DNA from: Felis catus
Taxonomy: Eukaryota
DNA length: 64,000 nucleotides
NCBI RefSeq assembly: GCF_018350175.1
Contig: NC_058368.1
Location: 992,001 to 1,056,000, forward strand
Direction of reading: 5' to 3'
A model generated the notes under the pieces. That model was given only the letters and a program-made list of their open reading frames with translations, ran no database searches and was not told the DNA's origin. Shown one piece after another: positions 23,516-37,305 of the stretch. The translations under genes and the position numbers were made by a program. Each line of letters opens with the position of its first letter. Position 1 is the first letter of the stretch.

Positions 23516-25150
23516 TTTTTCAACGTTTTTTATTTATTTTTGGGACAGAGAGAGACAGAGCATGAACGGGGGAGGAGCAGAGAGAGAGGGAGACACAGAA
23601 TTGGAAACAGGCTCCAGGCTCTGAGCCACCAGCCCAGAGCCCGATGCGGGGCTCGAACCCACGGACCGCGAGATCATGACCTGGCTGAAGTCAGAGGCTT
23701 AACCGACTGCGCCACCCAGGCGCCCCCTATTTCTTAAAATGTCTAATAATTTGTTTTTTTAAAGTAGGCTCCACAATCAACATAGAGCTTGAACTCACGA
23801 CCCTAAGATCTAGAGTTGTATGCTCTACTGACTGAGCCAGCCAGGCACTCCCAAAGTCTAATAATTTTGAAAAATATGTTTTAGTATTTGTCATTCAGGG
23901 TCAGTTTTCCAAGATATGTAGGTGTCCTGTCAATGTTTTAATTTTGGTATAGAATTTTCTTGAATTATATTTTAAAGTATTTATTCTTTTTCCTTGCTTC
24001 GATTTTTTTCTTTGATGACTCTTATGAGAGACAGATGTTATTATACTATGTATTATATTTTATTGTTTTATAATATTTACGTATTATTTATTGTACTCAT
24101 ATTTATATACATATAAGATCTTCCCTGCCTGTCTTCTCTATTTGCTCTTTCTCTTGAATATTTTTCATTTTTCTTCATTTCTGTTTGACTTTCCCCCTTT
24201 TCTTTTTTTCCTCTTAAGACATTTTACAGAGCTTCTTCACTTTATGTTTCTTCTAGTTTTTCCTCTGTTTCCGAAGTGATTCTTTTCTGAATTGCTACCT
24301 TATTTCTGATGTTTTTCTGGTTCTTATGTTGTTTTTTCAATTCTTCATAGTTTTTAATGTCTTTTAACGAGTTTTAAAAATATGAAGGTGTTGTTTCTAT
24401 CTTGTGTTCCAAGCATAAGTTCCTGATGTCTTCTTATCTTCTTTTGGGAACTTATCTGGTTTCTTAATCTCTATTTAACAAAGTACATTAACTATGTACA
24501 AGATTTAACACGGATCTATTTTTGTTTTCTATTTTTACTTTAAATTCGTTGTGTAAACTTTAAGAGAAGAGGTAGAATTTAATGGTTTTGACAATTTTAC
24601 AGCTCTATAGCGCCATCTTCTGTTGTTTTTATGAGAAGTTACGGAGCAGCTTACTTTCTGAGATATCCTGATCCTGTCTCTGCACTGTAACTTGTTTTGT
24701 CTGTATCCTCTTTTTCCTCTGTGTTCTTTGTCTATGAACTGCTTAAATCTTCAACATTCCCAGGAGGAGAGATTTAGCTGGTTATTTCTGAGAGTTTATG
24801 AGACCATCTCTCTCAGTACCTTTTTATCTTTCGGAAGACACCTGCGCAAAATACTGGAGTTGCAGATTTTATTCTCAAACTGTTTCATGGGGGCTTCCCA
24901 ATAAATACCTGTTAGTAACTGAAGATTTTAGTTCTCTCTGGTCCTCTATTTCTTCCCTGGTTCCTCTTGCACAGATGCAGATACTGTTTATCTCCAACAG
25001 TTTTCGGTGGTTTGTTGCTATTTGCTTATGCTTTGGCGGTCATGGCATTGCTATATCACCTCATTTTGTTGTAGATGTTATTCGAGGGTTGTTTTTATTC
25101 ATTCTAGTTCTGTGTGGGCTTTTTTTTAACAGAAAAACATTAATATTAAC
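22830..25150 (-). mobile_element. Very old L1M/HAL1-like remnant
   Basis: T-rich strand bias and ORF1-like remnant aaatttgctggctataagattcctagctgacattctttt; highly diverged. Confidence 0.45.
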
Positions 25151-26501
25151 ATTTTCTCTGAACCAATAAAAATATGATTTTTGCTTTGTTTTTTAAATTC
25201 AGGGCTTGAACAGTCTTTGTCATTGAGTCCTTGGCGTGCAATATACTTGTCATCTTTTCATGGAATGTCAACAGCTATCAATAGGATATCAGTATTTTCT
25301 TTAAAATTCTTTTTCGTAACTTTTATTCAATTTTGAGAGACAGAGCCTGAGTGGGGGAGGGGCCGAGAGAGAGAGGGAGACACAGAAGCCAAAGCAGGCT
25401 CCAGGCTCTGAGCTGTCAGCACAGAGCTTGACGTGGGGTTTGAACTCTTGAACCCGAGATCATGACCTGAGCTGAAGTCAGATGCCTAACCGACTGAGCT
25501 ACCCAGGTGCCCCGATATCAGTATTTTCAATCCTGCTGGAATTTTTTTTTTTGAATTTTTGTTAAAGTTAATTTGCTTCTTTTGAGAGAGGGGGAAAGAG
25601 AAAGAATCCCAAGCAGGCTCTGCAGTGTCAGCACAGAGCCCAACACAGGGCTCAAACTCATGAACCGATTAGACCATGACTGATCGGAAACTGAAAGTCA
25701 GACACTTAACCAACTGAGCTGCCCAAGTGCCCCGTTAGGATTGTTTTGATCCAACTAGATTAGAATGCACATAGGATGGGGTGCCTAGGTGCCTCAGTCA
25801 GTTAAGCGTCTGACTTCAGCTCAGGTCATGATCTCACAGCTTGTGAGTTCGAGCCCCGCATCGGGCTTTGTGCTGACAGCTTGGAGCCTGGAACCTGCTT
25901 CAGATTCTGTGTCTCCCTCTCTCTCTCTGCCCCTCCCCTGCTCACACTCTGTCTCTCTCCCAAAAAATAAATAAACATTTAAAAACATTAAAAAAAATAC
26001 ACAAGGGATTACACCTAAAACTGTCAAAATTTATTAAAAGCTCATGGCAACAACATTTAAATTGGAATATCTTATTTCCTTTGATTTAGATATCCCTGCT
26101 TTGTGACTCTATCTTACAATAATAAAATCATCAGTATCAAGAAACATATATACAAAGATATAAAAACAGTATCACTTTTAGTGTAAAAAGTTGGGGGAAA
26201 AAAACCCAGTATGGGGAATAGATTATCTGTAGAACATTTACACTATGGATTGATTATGCAGCTATTAAAATGAATTAGAGTCATGTTAATTCACCTGAGG
26301 AATATCCATAATCTATTCTGTTTAGGGATACTTTGCAAAGTTTGGAAGCAACAAAAGATGATTACATGACTTAATATCCTGTTATAGCACTTTCTAGTTC
26401 TTCTGGAAATGTAACTTGACTTACTGTTTACAAATGAATAGGGCCCAGATATTTTACAACATTGCAAAGTTAGAGGCTAACTTGTAGAACACTAGTAAGA
26501 T

Positions 26502-26895
26502 GTGTCATATGGACTGAATTGTGTCCCTATATCAAATTCATACGTTGAAACCCTAACACCTAATGTGACTGCATTTGGAGATAGGACCTATAAGGAGGTA
26601 ATAAAGGTTAGGTGAAATCGGGTAGGGGCTTAGTCCAATAGAACTGGTGTCTTTACAAGAGAAAAGACATGAGAGCGTCCCCCACACTGCGTGCCCAGAG
26701 AACAGATGCTATGAGGACAGAGTGAGAAGGTGGCTGTCTGCAAGCTGGGAGGAGAGACCTCATCAGACACCAATCCTACTGGCATTTTGATCTTTGACTT
26801 CTAACCTCCAGACTATAAAAAAAATAGATTTCTGTTGTTTAAGCCACCCGGTCTGTGGTATTCTGTTTTGATAGCCTGAGCTGAATAATAACACA
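26502..26895 (+). mobile_element. MaLR MLT1B/MST-type solo LTR
   Basis: tgtcatatggactgaattgtgtcc...tttctgttgtttaagccacccggtctgtggtattctgtt...agcctgagctgaataataaca. Confidence 0.88.
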
Positions 26896-26977
26896 ATGTG
26901 ATTATTGTTTTCTGTTTACTGAAGACTATAATCCCCAAGGTTATGATTTTATTTTGCTATAAGATATTGATTTTATA

Positions 26978-27313
26978 CAATTGACCCTTGAACAACACAA
27001 AAATCAACTGCACAGGTCCACTTATATGCAGGGTTTTTAATATACTCTATAGTACTATAAATATATTTTCTTTTCCTATGATTTTCTTAATAACATTTTC
27101 TTTTCTCTAGCTTACTTTATTATAAATAAGGATACAGTATATAAGACATATATAAAATGTGTATTAATTGACTGTTTATATTATCAGCAAGTGTCCCAGT
27201 TGACAGTAGGCTATTAGCAGTTCAGTTTTGAGGGGGTCAAACATTACACATGGATTTTTCAATCGTGTAGGAAGTTGGCACCCTTAACCCCCACCGTGGT
27301 CAAGAGCCAACTG
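26978..27313. mobile_element. Tigger2-like non-autonomous DNA transposon
   Basis: TIRs caattgacccttgaaca / tggtcaagagccaactg, TA-flanked on the left; a SINE is inserted at the right TIR. Confidence 0.8.
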
Positions 27314-28019
27314 TGGAGCACCTGGTTAGCATCCAACTCGTGGATGGCTTAGTTGGTTAAGCATCCAACTCGTGGTATCAGCTCAGGTCGTGATTTCATA
27401 GTTCGGGAGTTCATGCCCTGCATCGGGCTCTGTGCTGACGGTCAGAGCCTGCTTGGGATTCTCTTCCTCTCTCTGCCATGCCCCTGCCTGCATCATGTGC
27501 TGTTTCTCTTTCTCTCTCTATCTCCCTAAATAAACTTTTTTTAAAAAGCCAGCTGTATTTAATCTAGCAATTATCTTACAGCATCCCTTTTATCATCGTT
27601 GATACAAATCCAGGTTTCTCACATTTGAAGTGAACCAGAGTTCTCACTCTGCTGGTTTTCACATTAATGATTCAAATACATTTTTGACACGTGCTCAGTA
27701 CTACCGATATGAAAATTTTGTTTTCACTAATTTGAGATATAGGTGGTTTTATTCCCTTTTTAGAAAATGATGGTAAAATATATTTAACTTAAAACTTGCC
27801 CTTTTCGGGGCTCCTGGGTGGCTTAGTCAGTTAAGCGTCCAACTGGCTCAGGTCATGATCTCACAGCTCGTGAGTTCAAGCCCCACCTCGGGCTCTGTGC
27901 TGACACCTCAGGGCCTGGAGCCTGCTTCAGATTCTGTGTCTCCCCCTCTCTGCCCCTCCCATGCTTGTGCTCTGTCTTCCTGTCTCTCAATATAAATAAA
28001 TGTTAAAAAAATTTTGTTT

Positions 28020-30125
28020 TAATAGACTTTATTTTTTAGAGCGGTTTTAGGTACACAGCAAAATTGAGTGGAAATTACACACATTTCTCATATGCTTCCA
28101 GCCCCAACACATACACACATACATATGTGTGCATACATGCACACACACACAGTCTTGGGCACTATCAACAACACAAACCAAAGTGGAGTATTTGTTACAG
28201 TCAATCAACAAGCCTACATTGCTGACGCATCCTCATCACCCAAAGTTCATAGTTTATCCCATTAGGGTTGACTCTTGATGTTGCATGTTCTGTGGGTTTC
28301 CATATTTGCCTAAAGACATGCACATACCACACAGAATCGCACAGAATAGTTTCACTGTCCCCAAAATCTTCCTGTTCACCTCTCCCTTCTCCAATCCCCT
28401 GGCAACTACTTTTTTACTTTTTTTCTTTTTTTTTTTTTTTAATTTTTTTTCAACGTTTATTTATTTTTGGGACAGAGAGAGCCAGAGCATGAACGGGGGA
28501 GGGGCAGAGAGAGAGAGGGAGACACAGAATCGGAAACAGGCTCCAGGCTCTGAGCCATGATCAGCCCAGAGCCCGACGCGGGGCTCGAACTCCCGGACCG
28601 CGAGATCGTGACCTGGCTGAAGTCGGACGCTTAACCGACTGCGCCACCCAGGTGCCCCACTTTTTTACTTTTTCTACCTTCATGGTTTTGTCTTTTCCAG
28701 GATGTCATATAGTTGGAATCATAAAACATGTCATTTTCCAGATTCATTTATTTCACTTAGCAATATACACTTAAAGTTGCTCTGTGTCTTTTCATGGCTT
28801 CATAGCTCATTTGTTTTTAGCACTGAATAACATTCCATAGTTTCGATGTAGCACAGTTTATTTATCATCTACTGAGGGAGAAGGTTCCAAGTTTTGGCAA
28901 TTATGAATAAAGCTGCTATAAACATCAGTGTGCAACTTTTTGTGTGGTTGTAAGTTTTCAACTCATTTGGTCAAATACCACGGAGGGTGATTGTTGGATC
29001 CAATGATAAGAGTATGTTTAGTTCTGGGCACCTGGCTGGCTTAGTTCGTGGAGTGGTGTGTAACTCTTGATCTCAGGATTGTGAGTTCAAGCCCAACGTT
29101 GGGTGTAGAGATTACTTAAAAATAAAATCTAGGGGCGCCTGGGTGGCGCAGTCGGTTAAGCGTCCGACTTCAGCCAGGTCACGATCTCGCGGTCCGTGAG
29201 TTCGAGCCGCGTCAGGCTCTGGGCTGATGGCTCGGAGCCTGGAGCCTGTTTCCGATTCTGTGTCTCCCTCTCTCTCTGCCCCTCCCCCGTTCATGCTCTG
29301 GCTCTTTCTGTCCCAAAAATAAATAAACGTTGAAAAAAAAATTTTTTTTAAAAAATCTAAAAAAAAAAAAAAAAAAGAAAGAGAATATACTTAATTATGT
29401 AAGAAAAGTTTGTGTCCCCCAAAAATTCTTATGTTGAAATCCCAAACCCCAATGCAATAATATTAGGAGATAGTGCCTTTGGAAGGTCAAGTGCTCTTGA
29501 ATGGGATTAGTGTCCTTATAAAAGAGACCCCAGAGAACCCTCTCACCCCTTCTGCCACGTAAGGACACAGTGAGAAGATTGCTGGCTATAAAACAGGAAA
29601 GGCCTTCACCAGACACCGTATCTGACAATACCTTGAGCTTGGATTTCTCAGCCTCAAGAACTGTGAGAAAAGAATTTCTGTGTTTACAAGCCACCCAGTC
29701 TATTTTATTCTGTTGTGACAGCCTGAAAAAGACCAAGACAATTGCCAAACTGTCTTCCAACGTGGCTGTACCATTTTGCATTCCTACAGGCAATGAATAG
29801 GAATTTCTGGTGCTTCACATCCTCACCAGAATTTGGTGCTGTCAGGTTTTTGAATTTTGACCATTCTAAAAGATGTCATTGCTGTTTTAATTTGCAATTC
29901 CCAAATGACATAGGATGTTTAGATGATGGTGAGCACCTTCTCAAATGCTTAATTGCCACCTGTACGTTTTCTTCAGTAAGGTATTTTTTCAGGGGTTAAA
30001 TTGGTTTGTTAATTTTTTAATTTAAAGAGTTCTTTGTATATTTTGGATAACAGTCCTTTACAAGGTACGCCTTTTGCAAATATTTTCACCAAGTCTGTGT
30101 CTTGTCTTCTCATTCTCTTGAACAC
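28020..30125 (-). mobile_element. Old L1MB/L1MC 3' region with nested SINEs and an MLT1A-type LTR (~29405-29740)
   Basis: L1 3' motifs (ttttggcaattatgaataaagctgctataaacat, gtggctgtaccattttgcattcc, ttgtatattttggataacagtccttta). Confidence 0.85.
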
Positions 30126-31119
30126 CGTGTGTAGTTTTAAGGTGGATATGGATAGAATAAAAAAGTATGTCACCATTACCACCAGTTATTCAAAAGTGCT
30201 TCTGAAGTTTTCTTGAAGTTAATTTTTACTTACACATTAAATATATGAATATATTCTATTCGTCAAAAAAAGCTTTAAAACAAAAAGATGAAGTGCCTTT
30301 GATCACCCCTCTAACCCCTACCCTCTATTTATGTATTTTTTTCTATAACACCGAGTTATCTCCTGTGCATTACATACATGTATATGTACCTATATGAAAC
30401 ATTTAGTACATACATGCTTCTTTCGGACATCACTGTTTCTTTTGGACATTAACTGCTAATTCAGACTTTGTAATATCTGCATCTTGTTTTTATCCTTTTA
30501 TCATCGAGGTTTTTATTCCCCCTGAGAGTAATGTAGATCTGCTCCATTTATCTAAAATCCCCAACATACCCACTTTAGTACATCACCACCGTTGTCCTGC
30601 TGGGTAAAGCCACATTTATCTCTCAGCCCGTCTCTATTCTTGCTCCCTTACAAACAGTTTTCTACAAAACAGCCTGAATTATAAATAAATAAGTAGTATA
30701 TTTTTAAAATCAGGTTTTGTAATCTAAAGACTCAGAGCATAGAAATAGCTTTTCATTGCTCTTAAAATTAAATCCAAAGTTTCTTCAATAGAATGTAAAT
30801 ACTCTGAAGGCAGGAATTTTTAATTTCTATTTCTATTTATTATATTTTTATTGTGGTAAAATATATATAAGACTTGCCATTTGAATCATTTTTATGTGCA
30901 CACTTCAGTTGTATTGAGTAAATCCACATTATCACTACATTATCACTGGATTGTACATCCAAAACTATTACCAATATCTACCTCCAGAACTTTTTCTTCA
31001 TCCCAAAGAGAAACTACACCTATCAAGCAATAACTCTCCTCCACCAATAACCACCTCCAGCTCCTGGTAACCACTATTCTACTTTATGTCTTTAATTTGG
31101 AAGGCAGGATTTTTTTTTA

Positions 31120-31645
31120 ATTCGTTGACAAACATTTATAAACCATAATGAGAATTACTGCTATTGTAGGACACTCTCGAACAATCACAGGTGTGCATTC
31201 CAGGACAGCTACCCATTGGTAGTGCAGTTTTTGTTCAGAATTTTGTAGTCTCCAAACCACTGAAAAGTAGCACTTGATTTGCCTGTGAAGTTATCCATTC
31301 TGAAAGATACAATTAGTAGTCTCCACCTTTTGAAATGTGGACCATAATATGTCAGTGTAAATATGATGCTCCATATAATCAGCAGTCTGCTTCTGAAGCT
31401 CTAAGACTTGGACCATGTGGAAATTGTACTTTGTATTACTTTCTCTGTTGTACTTGTTGGCTACAAACAGCATCATGATAGTCACAGCAGTTTTTGTTGC
31501 TGACACCTTGACACTCATAAAAGTTTTCTTCCTTGCTTTATAAATGAGACCACCAGATCACCAGAATGGCCAGCAGGAGCCGTGTGGCCTGCCATGGTCT
31601 TGCCATGGTCCCTAAGCTGGGGAGGAACAGGAAGAGTCCCCTTCT
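31120..31645 (-). pseudogene. CST11: Processed pseudogene of cystatin-11 (CRES-subgroup type 2 cystatin); CDS remnant 31606-31209
   Basis: Stitched translation MARPWQATRLLLAILV..ARKKTFMSVK..NKYNRESNTKYNFHMVQVLELQKQTADYMEHHIYTDILWSTFQKVETTNCIFQNG*LHRQIKCYFSV/WFGDYKILNKNCTTNG* resembles recalled human CST11 (MAEPWQALQLLLAIL..QARKKTFLSV..YNKESDDKYHF..WTTCQKPETTNC..LHKQVNCFFSV..WFEQYKILNKSC). No introns; frameshifts and an internal stop. Confidence 0.88.
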
Positions 31646-31754
31646 TGTTCTCCAAGGGGAAAAGAAAGGCTGAAAATTTTATGTTTTGTGTATTAGAATA
31701 ACCCAAGCCCCTAGAAAAGCTTAGCACATTCAGTAAATTGAGTGAATTTAACAG

Positions 31755-32555
31755 GAAAAAACTACAATCATTTCAATAGATTTAAAGTAAGTATTTTTAA
31801 AAGTTCACTGTATTGCCATAATTCTTTAAATCCCATCAATTTGTAATAAAAAGGAAGTTTCTAATTTCTGAAACCAATAAGCTATTATAGCAAGGTGGCA
31901 GGATACAAGGTTAATATACAAATGTCAGTTGATTTCCTATATGTTAGCAATGAGCAAGTGGAATTTGAAATTAAAAACATAACACCATCTACATTAGCAC
32001 AACCCCAAAATAAATACCTCTGTATAAATCTAACAGAATATGTACAAGATCTGCATGAGGAAAACTACAAATCTCTGATGAATAAAATCAAAGAAGAATG
32101 AAATAAATGGAGAGATATTCAATGTTCATGAATAGGAAGACTCATATTGTCATGATGCCAATTTTTCCCAATGTGATCTATAGATTCAATGCAATCCCAA
32201 TAAAAATCCTAGCAAGTTATTTTGTATATATGAGCAAACTGATTCTTTTTTTAAAAAGTTTATTTATGGGGCGCCTGGGTGGCTCAGTCGGTTAAGCATC
32301 CAACTTCAGCTCAGGTCACGATCTCGCTGTCCGTGAGTTCGAGCCCCGCGTAGGGCTCTGGGCTGATGGCTCAGAGCCTGGAGCCTGCTTCCGGTTCTGT
32401 GTCTCCCTCTCTGTCTCTGCCCCTCCCCCGTTCATGCTCTGTCTCTCTCTGTCTCAAAAATAAATAAACGTTAAAAAAATTTTTTTTTAAATAAAAAAAA
32501 TAAAAAGTTTATTTATTTTGAGATAGAGAGTGTGAGTGGGAGAGAGGAGAGAGAC

Positions 32556-32598
<43 letters not shown>

Positions 32599-34520
32599 AT
32601 CCCAAGCAGGCTCTGCACTGTCAGTGTAGATTCCAACACAGCTGACAAAGGGTTCAAACTCATGAACTGTGAGATTATGACCTGAGCCAAAATTAAGAGT
32701 CAGACACTTAAACATCTGAGCCACCCAGGCACCCCATGAACAAACTGATTATTAAGTTTATACGGAAAGGCAAAAAGACCCCAAATAGCCAACACAATAC
32801 TGAAAGAGAACAAAGTTGGATTGATATTAAACTTCAACACTTACAAAACCACAGTAATCTGAACAATGTGGTATTAGCAACAAAATAGAGAAAGAGATCA
32901 ATGGAACAGAATGTAGAGCCCAGAAATTGACCTTCATGAATAGGGGTGCCTGGCTGGCTCAGTTGGTAGAGCACGTGACTCTTGATCTTGAGGTTGTAAG
33001 TTTGAGCCCCATGTTGGATGTAGAGATTACTTAAAAATAAAAAAAGAAAAAAAAAAGAAATTGACCTTGATGAATATAGATCAACTAACTTTTGACAAAG
33101 AGCAAAAGCAGTGCAATGGAGTAATAATTGTCTTTTCAACAAATGATTCTGAAACAACTAGGCATCCGCATACAAAAAAATAAATAAATAAGAATAAAAG
33201 AAGCTATCCACACACCTCACACACTTCACAAAAATTAACTCAAAATGGATCACAGGCCTAAATGTAAAATGCAAAATTATAGAACTCCAAGAAGATAACG
33301 TAGCAGAAAAACTAGATACCTTGGGTACAGAGATGACATTTTAGATATAATACAAAAGGCACAATCTAGGAAAAAAATAATAAATAAAATGAATTCTATT
33401 AAAATTAAAATCTTTTGCTCTGGGAGAGGAAATGTCAAGAGAATGAGAAGAGTACCCAGATTGGGAGAAAATATTTGCAAAAGGTTTGCCTGATAAAGGA
33501 ATGTTGTCCAAAACAGACAAAGGATTCTTAAAACACAACAATAAGAAAACACACAACCTGATTAAAAAGGTGGGCAAAGGTCTTAACAAACCCTTCACCA
33601 AACAAGATATATAGGTGGAAAATAACCATATGAAAAGATGTTCCACATCATATGTCATTACGGAAATGCAAACAAAACCAGTGGGATATCACTACACACC
33701 TATTAGAACGGCCAAAATCTGGAATACTGACAATATTGAATCTGGCAAGAGTGGGTAGCTGTAGGACCTCCCACTCATTGTTTTGGAAGACAGTTTGGCA
33801 GCTTCTTACAAAACTAAACACGCTCTTACCATAAGATTCAGCAGCCATGCTCTTTGATATTTACCCAAGTGATTTGAGAACTTATGTTCACACAAAAACC
33901 TACATACAGATATTTATAGTAGCTTCATTCATAATTGCCAAACTAGGAAACAGCCAAGATGTCCTATGGTCGGTAAGTGAGTAAATAAAACTTTGGTACA
34001 TACAGACAATGGAAAATTATTCTGTGCTAAAAATAAATGAACTAGAAAGCCATGAAAGGACATGGGGGAAACTTAAGGCATATTACAAAGTCAAAGAAGC
34101 CAATCTGAGAAGATTATATACTGTATGATTCCAAATATGTGACATTTTGGAAAAGGCAGAACTGTGGAGACAGTAAAAAGATCCGTGGTTGCCAGAGTCA
34201 GGTGGGAGAGGGATGAATATTAGCCTGAGCACAGCGTTTCAGGGCAGTGAAAATCCTCTGTATGATACTATAATCATACATTTTTCTAAACCCATAGAAT
34301 ACTCAAAGCAAGGGTGAACCCTAAGGTAAACTACAGATCTGAGGTAATAATAATGTGTCAATATAGGTCCATCAATTGTAATAAATGTACCACTCCAGTT
34401 GGAGATGTTGATAGGGGATGATATGTATGTGAGGGGACAGAAGGTGTATGGGAAATCTCTGTCCCCCTCCTAATTTTGCTGTGGATCTAAAACTGAAAAA
34501 ATAAAGGCTTAAAAAGAAGA
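31755..34520 (+). mobile_element. Old L1MB/L1MC ORF2 3' part and 3'UTR with nested SINEs
   Basis: [21 protein letters not shown] and QWDITTHLLE-type L1 ORF2 remnants; terminal ctaaaactgaaaaaataaa. Confidence 0.9.
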
Positions 34521-34765
34521 AAGTTTCTTAATGTAATAAAGGGTTTATTATTCAGGGTTTAATGAAGGTAACAGGTACCCTTCTAGGAATTGTAGTCATG
34601 AAAAGATTCTGCTGTACATCTATTTGCTTCTTAACATCCATTTTCCACTTTTTTCCCATCTTATTCCATGACCTGGGTAGGTGAACTTATATGGAATGCA
34701 TCACACAGGCTCCCATGCCCTCTAACCTGCAATCAAGTTTCAAAGGAAATTGGAGGGAAGAAAAA

Positions 34766-34951
34766 TGTTGCCAGATAAAATATCTGGTTAAATTTGAATT
34801 TCAGATACATAACAATCTGTTTTTTAGTGTAACTGTGACCCAGGCAAAATTTGGGACACAACTTAGCTAAAGTATCATTTGTTGTTTAACTTGAAACTCA
34901 AAATTAACAAGGCTTTTTTGTATTTTTTATTTGCTAAATCTGACAACCCTA
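34766..34951. mobile_element. MER53-like hAT miniature DNA transposon
   Basis: gttgccagataaaata...gttaaatttgaatttcagata...aaactcaaaattaac...gctaaatctgacaacccta; internally palindromic. Confidence 0.82.
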
Positions 34952-35071
34952 TGGAGAAAGAAAAGTGAAGTGGGAATATCTCTGTAGGGTCACTGTGTGT
35001 GGCTGTGTCCCTTATCACAGTACTACCATTTGAACTTCTCCATTCAGCCTTCTTTCTTAGGGTTCTAGTAA

Positions 35072-36805
35072 TGCAACCGAGCTAACGTGAATTCACTCTC
35101 TGGTGAGTCACAGACAACTCCAAGTGGAGTCATCACACAAAGTAAATTTATTTGCAGCAAATGAGGTCACAGGGAACAACTTCCAAAGCCGTGACTCCTT
35201 GAGCAATGGAGAATGGCTTCCTTTTTTAAAAAAACGTTTTAAATTTATTTATTTATTCATTTATTTGTTTGTTTATTTATTTTCAAAAGAAGAGAGTTTT
35301 TTTAAATTCCTTTTTTTTTTTTTTTTTACATTTATTGATTTTTGAGAGACAGAGTGAGACAGAGCACAAGCAGGGAGGGGCAGAGAGAGGATACACAGAA
35401 TCTGAAGCAGGCTCCAGGCTCTGAGCAAGCATTCAGCACAGAGCCTGATGCAGAACTCAAACCCACTTAACTGTAAGATCATGACCTGAGCCAAAGTTGG
35501 TCACTTAACCGACTGAGCCACCCAGGAGCCCCTTAAATTGATTTTTGAGAGACAGACAGCATGACCAGGGGAGGGGCAGAGAGAAAGTGAGACAGAGAAT
35601 CCCAAACAAGCTCCATGCTGTCAGTGCAGAGCCTGACATGGGGCTTGAACTCATGAACTGTTGAGATCATGACATGGGCTGAAATCAAGAGTGGAATGCT
35701 TGACTGACTGAGCCACCCAGACATCCCAAATAACTTTCTTTTATGTAGGGTTAGGATGAATATTTAGACAGAAAAGCCTTGTAATCACATGTAGAGGCAG
35801 ACATAAAGTCACATGTGCACCTTAAAGAAACATGCCTATGAATACATAGCACGTTACGTAAATGAGGCCTGTGCTTCCCCTTGGGTGGAGTGTAATGCCC
35901 CCAATTTCGAATCCGAGAGACCACCAAGGAGCGGATACCGATGCAAACGCACGAGCGTTTATTTGCAAGCTCGAGCTTGGACCCAAGTATACCCGACACA
36001 GCGGAGCAGGGACTTGGACCCCTAGGTTAAGAGGCATAGCAGTTTTATAGGGGCCAGTGGCCAATGAGATTGTAACACACCCAGAAAAGTTGCATAGTGA
36101 TGTCAGTCCACACGCAGGTGGCCAATTGTATTACAATTTACCCTATAGTAACTGTTTGAACTAGCCTATCATTCTGGTCAGAATTGGCGCGCAAGTTTGG
36201 CGGGCAAAAGGCGGGGTTTAAGAATTGGAGCGCAAGTTTGGCAGGCAAAAGGCGGGGTTTACATCTTTGGCGGTTAGGGGTTCTGCATTCCTATATGAAC
36301 CGGTTTCCAGTAAGGGTGTGCTCAGCAGCTAGACCGGGGGGGGGGGGGGGGGGGGAGTGTCTTAAGCAATAAGTAGATCATGTGGGGGTTATACACAAGA
36401 TGATGGGTGTAGCACAAAATGGAGTTAGTCTTGCTCTGCTTGTCCATGGGTGGGGGATTTTTGCTAAATTCCTTGGGTCCCACAGGAGATGTTAGTGTTA
36501 GAACGAGGTAGAGATTATGGTTGGTTATTCCAGAGGTTACTGAGGTCCATCTGCGCAGGCACGAGTTAGGGGTTAAGCTCAAACTGTTCTGGGTAGTCTG
36601 CGCCCCTGGAGTTCTTCCTTGGGCCAGTCAGTATTGCTTGAGGGGTCGTTTCAGTTTCTATCATGGCATGCCATGTCTGTAGGGTCCTCTGCCTCAGTTA
36701 AGACATGAGCTGGAAGGAAGAGCTGAAGGAAAAATGTAAGACAAAGGTTGGTGAGTACAAACAGGTGGGCAGTAAATGTCAGGTCTTGGGGTCGAGCTAG
36801 TGACA
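35072..36805 (-). mobile_element. ERV1-type solo LTR (older) hosting two SINEs and a younger LTR
   Basis: TG at 35072 and CA at 36805; 4-bp TSD gtaa/gtga; tttatt (minus-strand AATAAA) near the left end. Confidence 0.65.
35891..36484 (-). mobile_element. Young ERV1 (gammaretrovirus-like) solo LTR, 594 bp
   Basis: TG...CA termini; perfect 4-bp TSD ggag (35887-35890 and 36485-36488); minus-strand TATAAAA at ~36043-36049 and AATAAA at 35958-35963; many intact CpGs. Confidence 0.88.
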
Positions 36806-37305
36806 GTGACTACCCCTTCTACTAGCTTCTTCAGGGCACACGTAGTGCCTAGCTCTATTTATTATACGATCCTTCCTGGTTTTCTTTTACCTTGTAGTTT
36901 TTCTTCATCTTTTGCTTTTTATTTTTATTTTAAGTTTATTTACTTAGAGAGAGAGAGAGTGTATGCACGTGGGAACGCACACGAGCAGGGGAGGGGCAGA
37001 GAGAAGGCAAGACGGAATCCCAAGCTGGCTCTGTGCCATTGGGGCACAGCCTGATGTGGGGCTCCAACTCGTGAACTGTGAGATCATGACCTGAGTTGAG
37101 ATCAAGGGTCCGATACTTAATGGTTTGTGCCACCCGGGCACCCCTCTCTTCATCTTTTAAAATATTACCTTTATAAAACATCCTCCAGTTACTGAATTTC
37201 AATGTTCCATGTTTCTTATCAGAACTGTCACTGATACAGGATTCAGTGCAAGGAATTAGATGCTTTTCACATCATCAGAAGTGTTTGGGGGGGTGGAAGC
37301 TAGGG

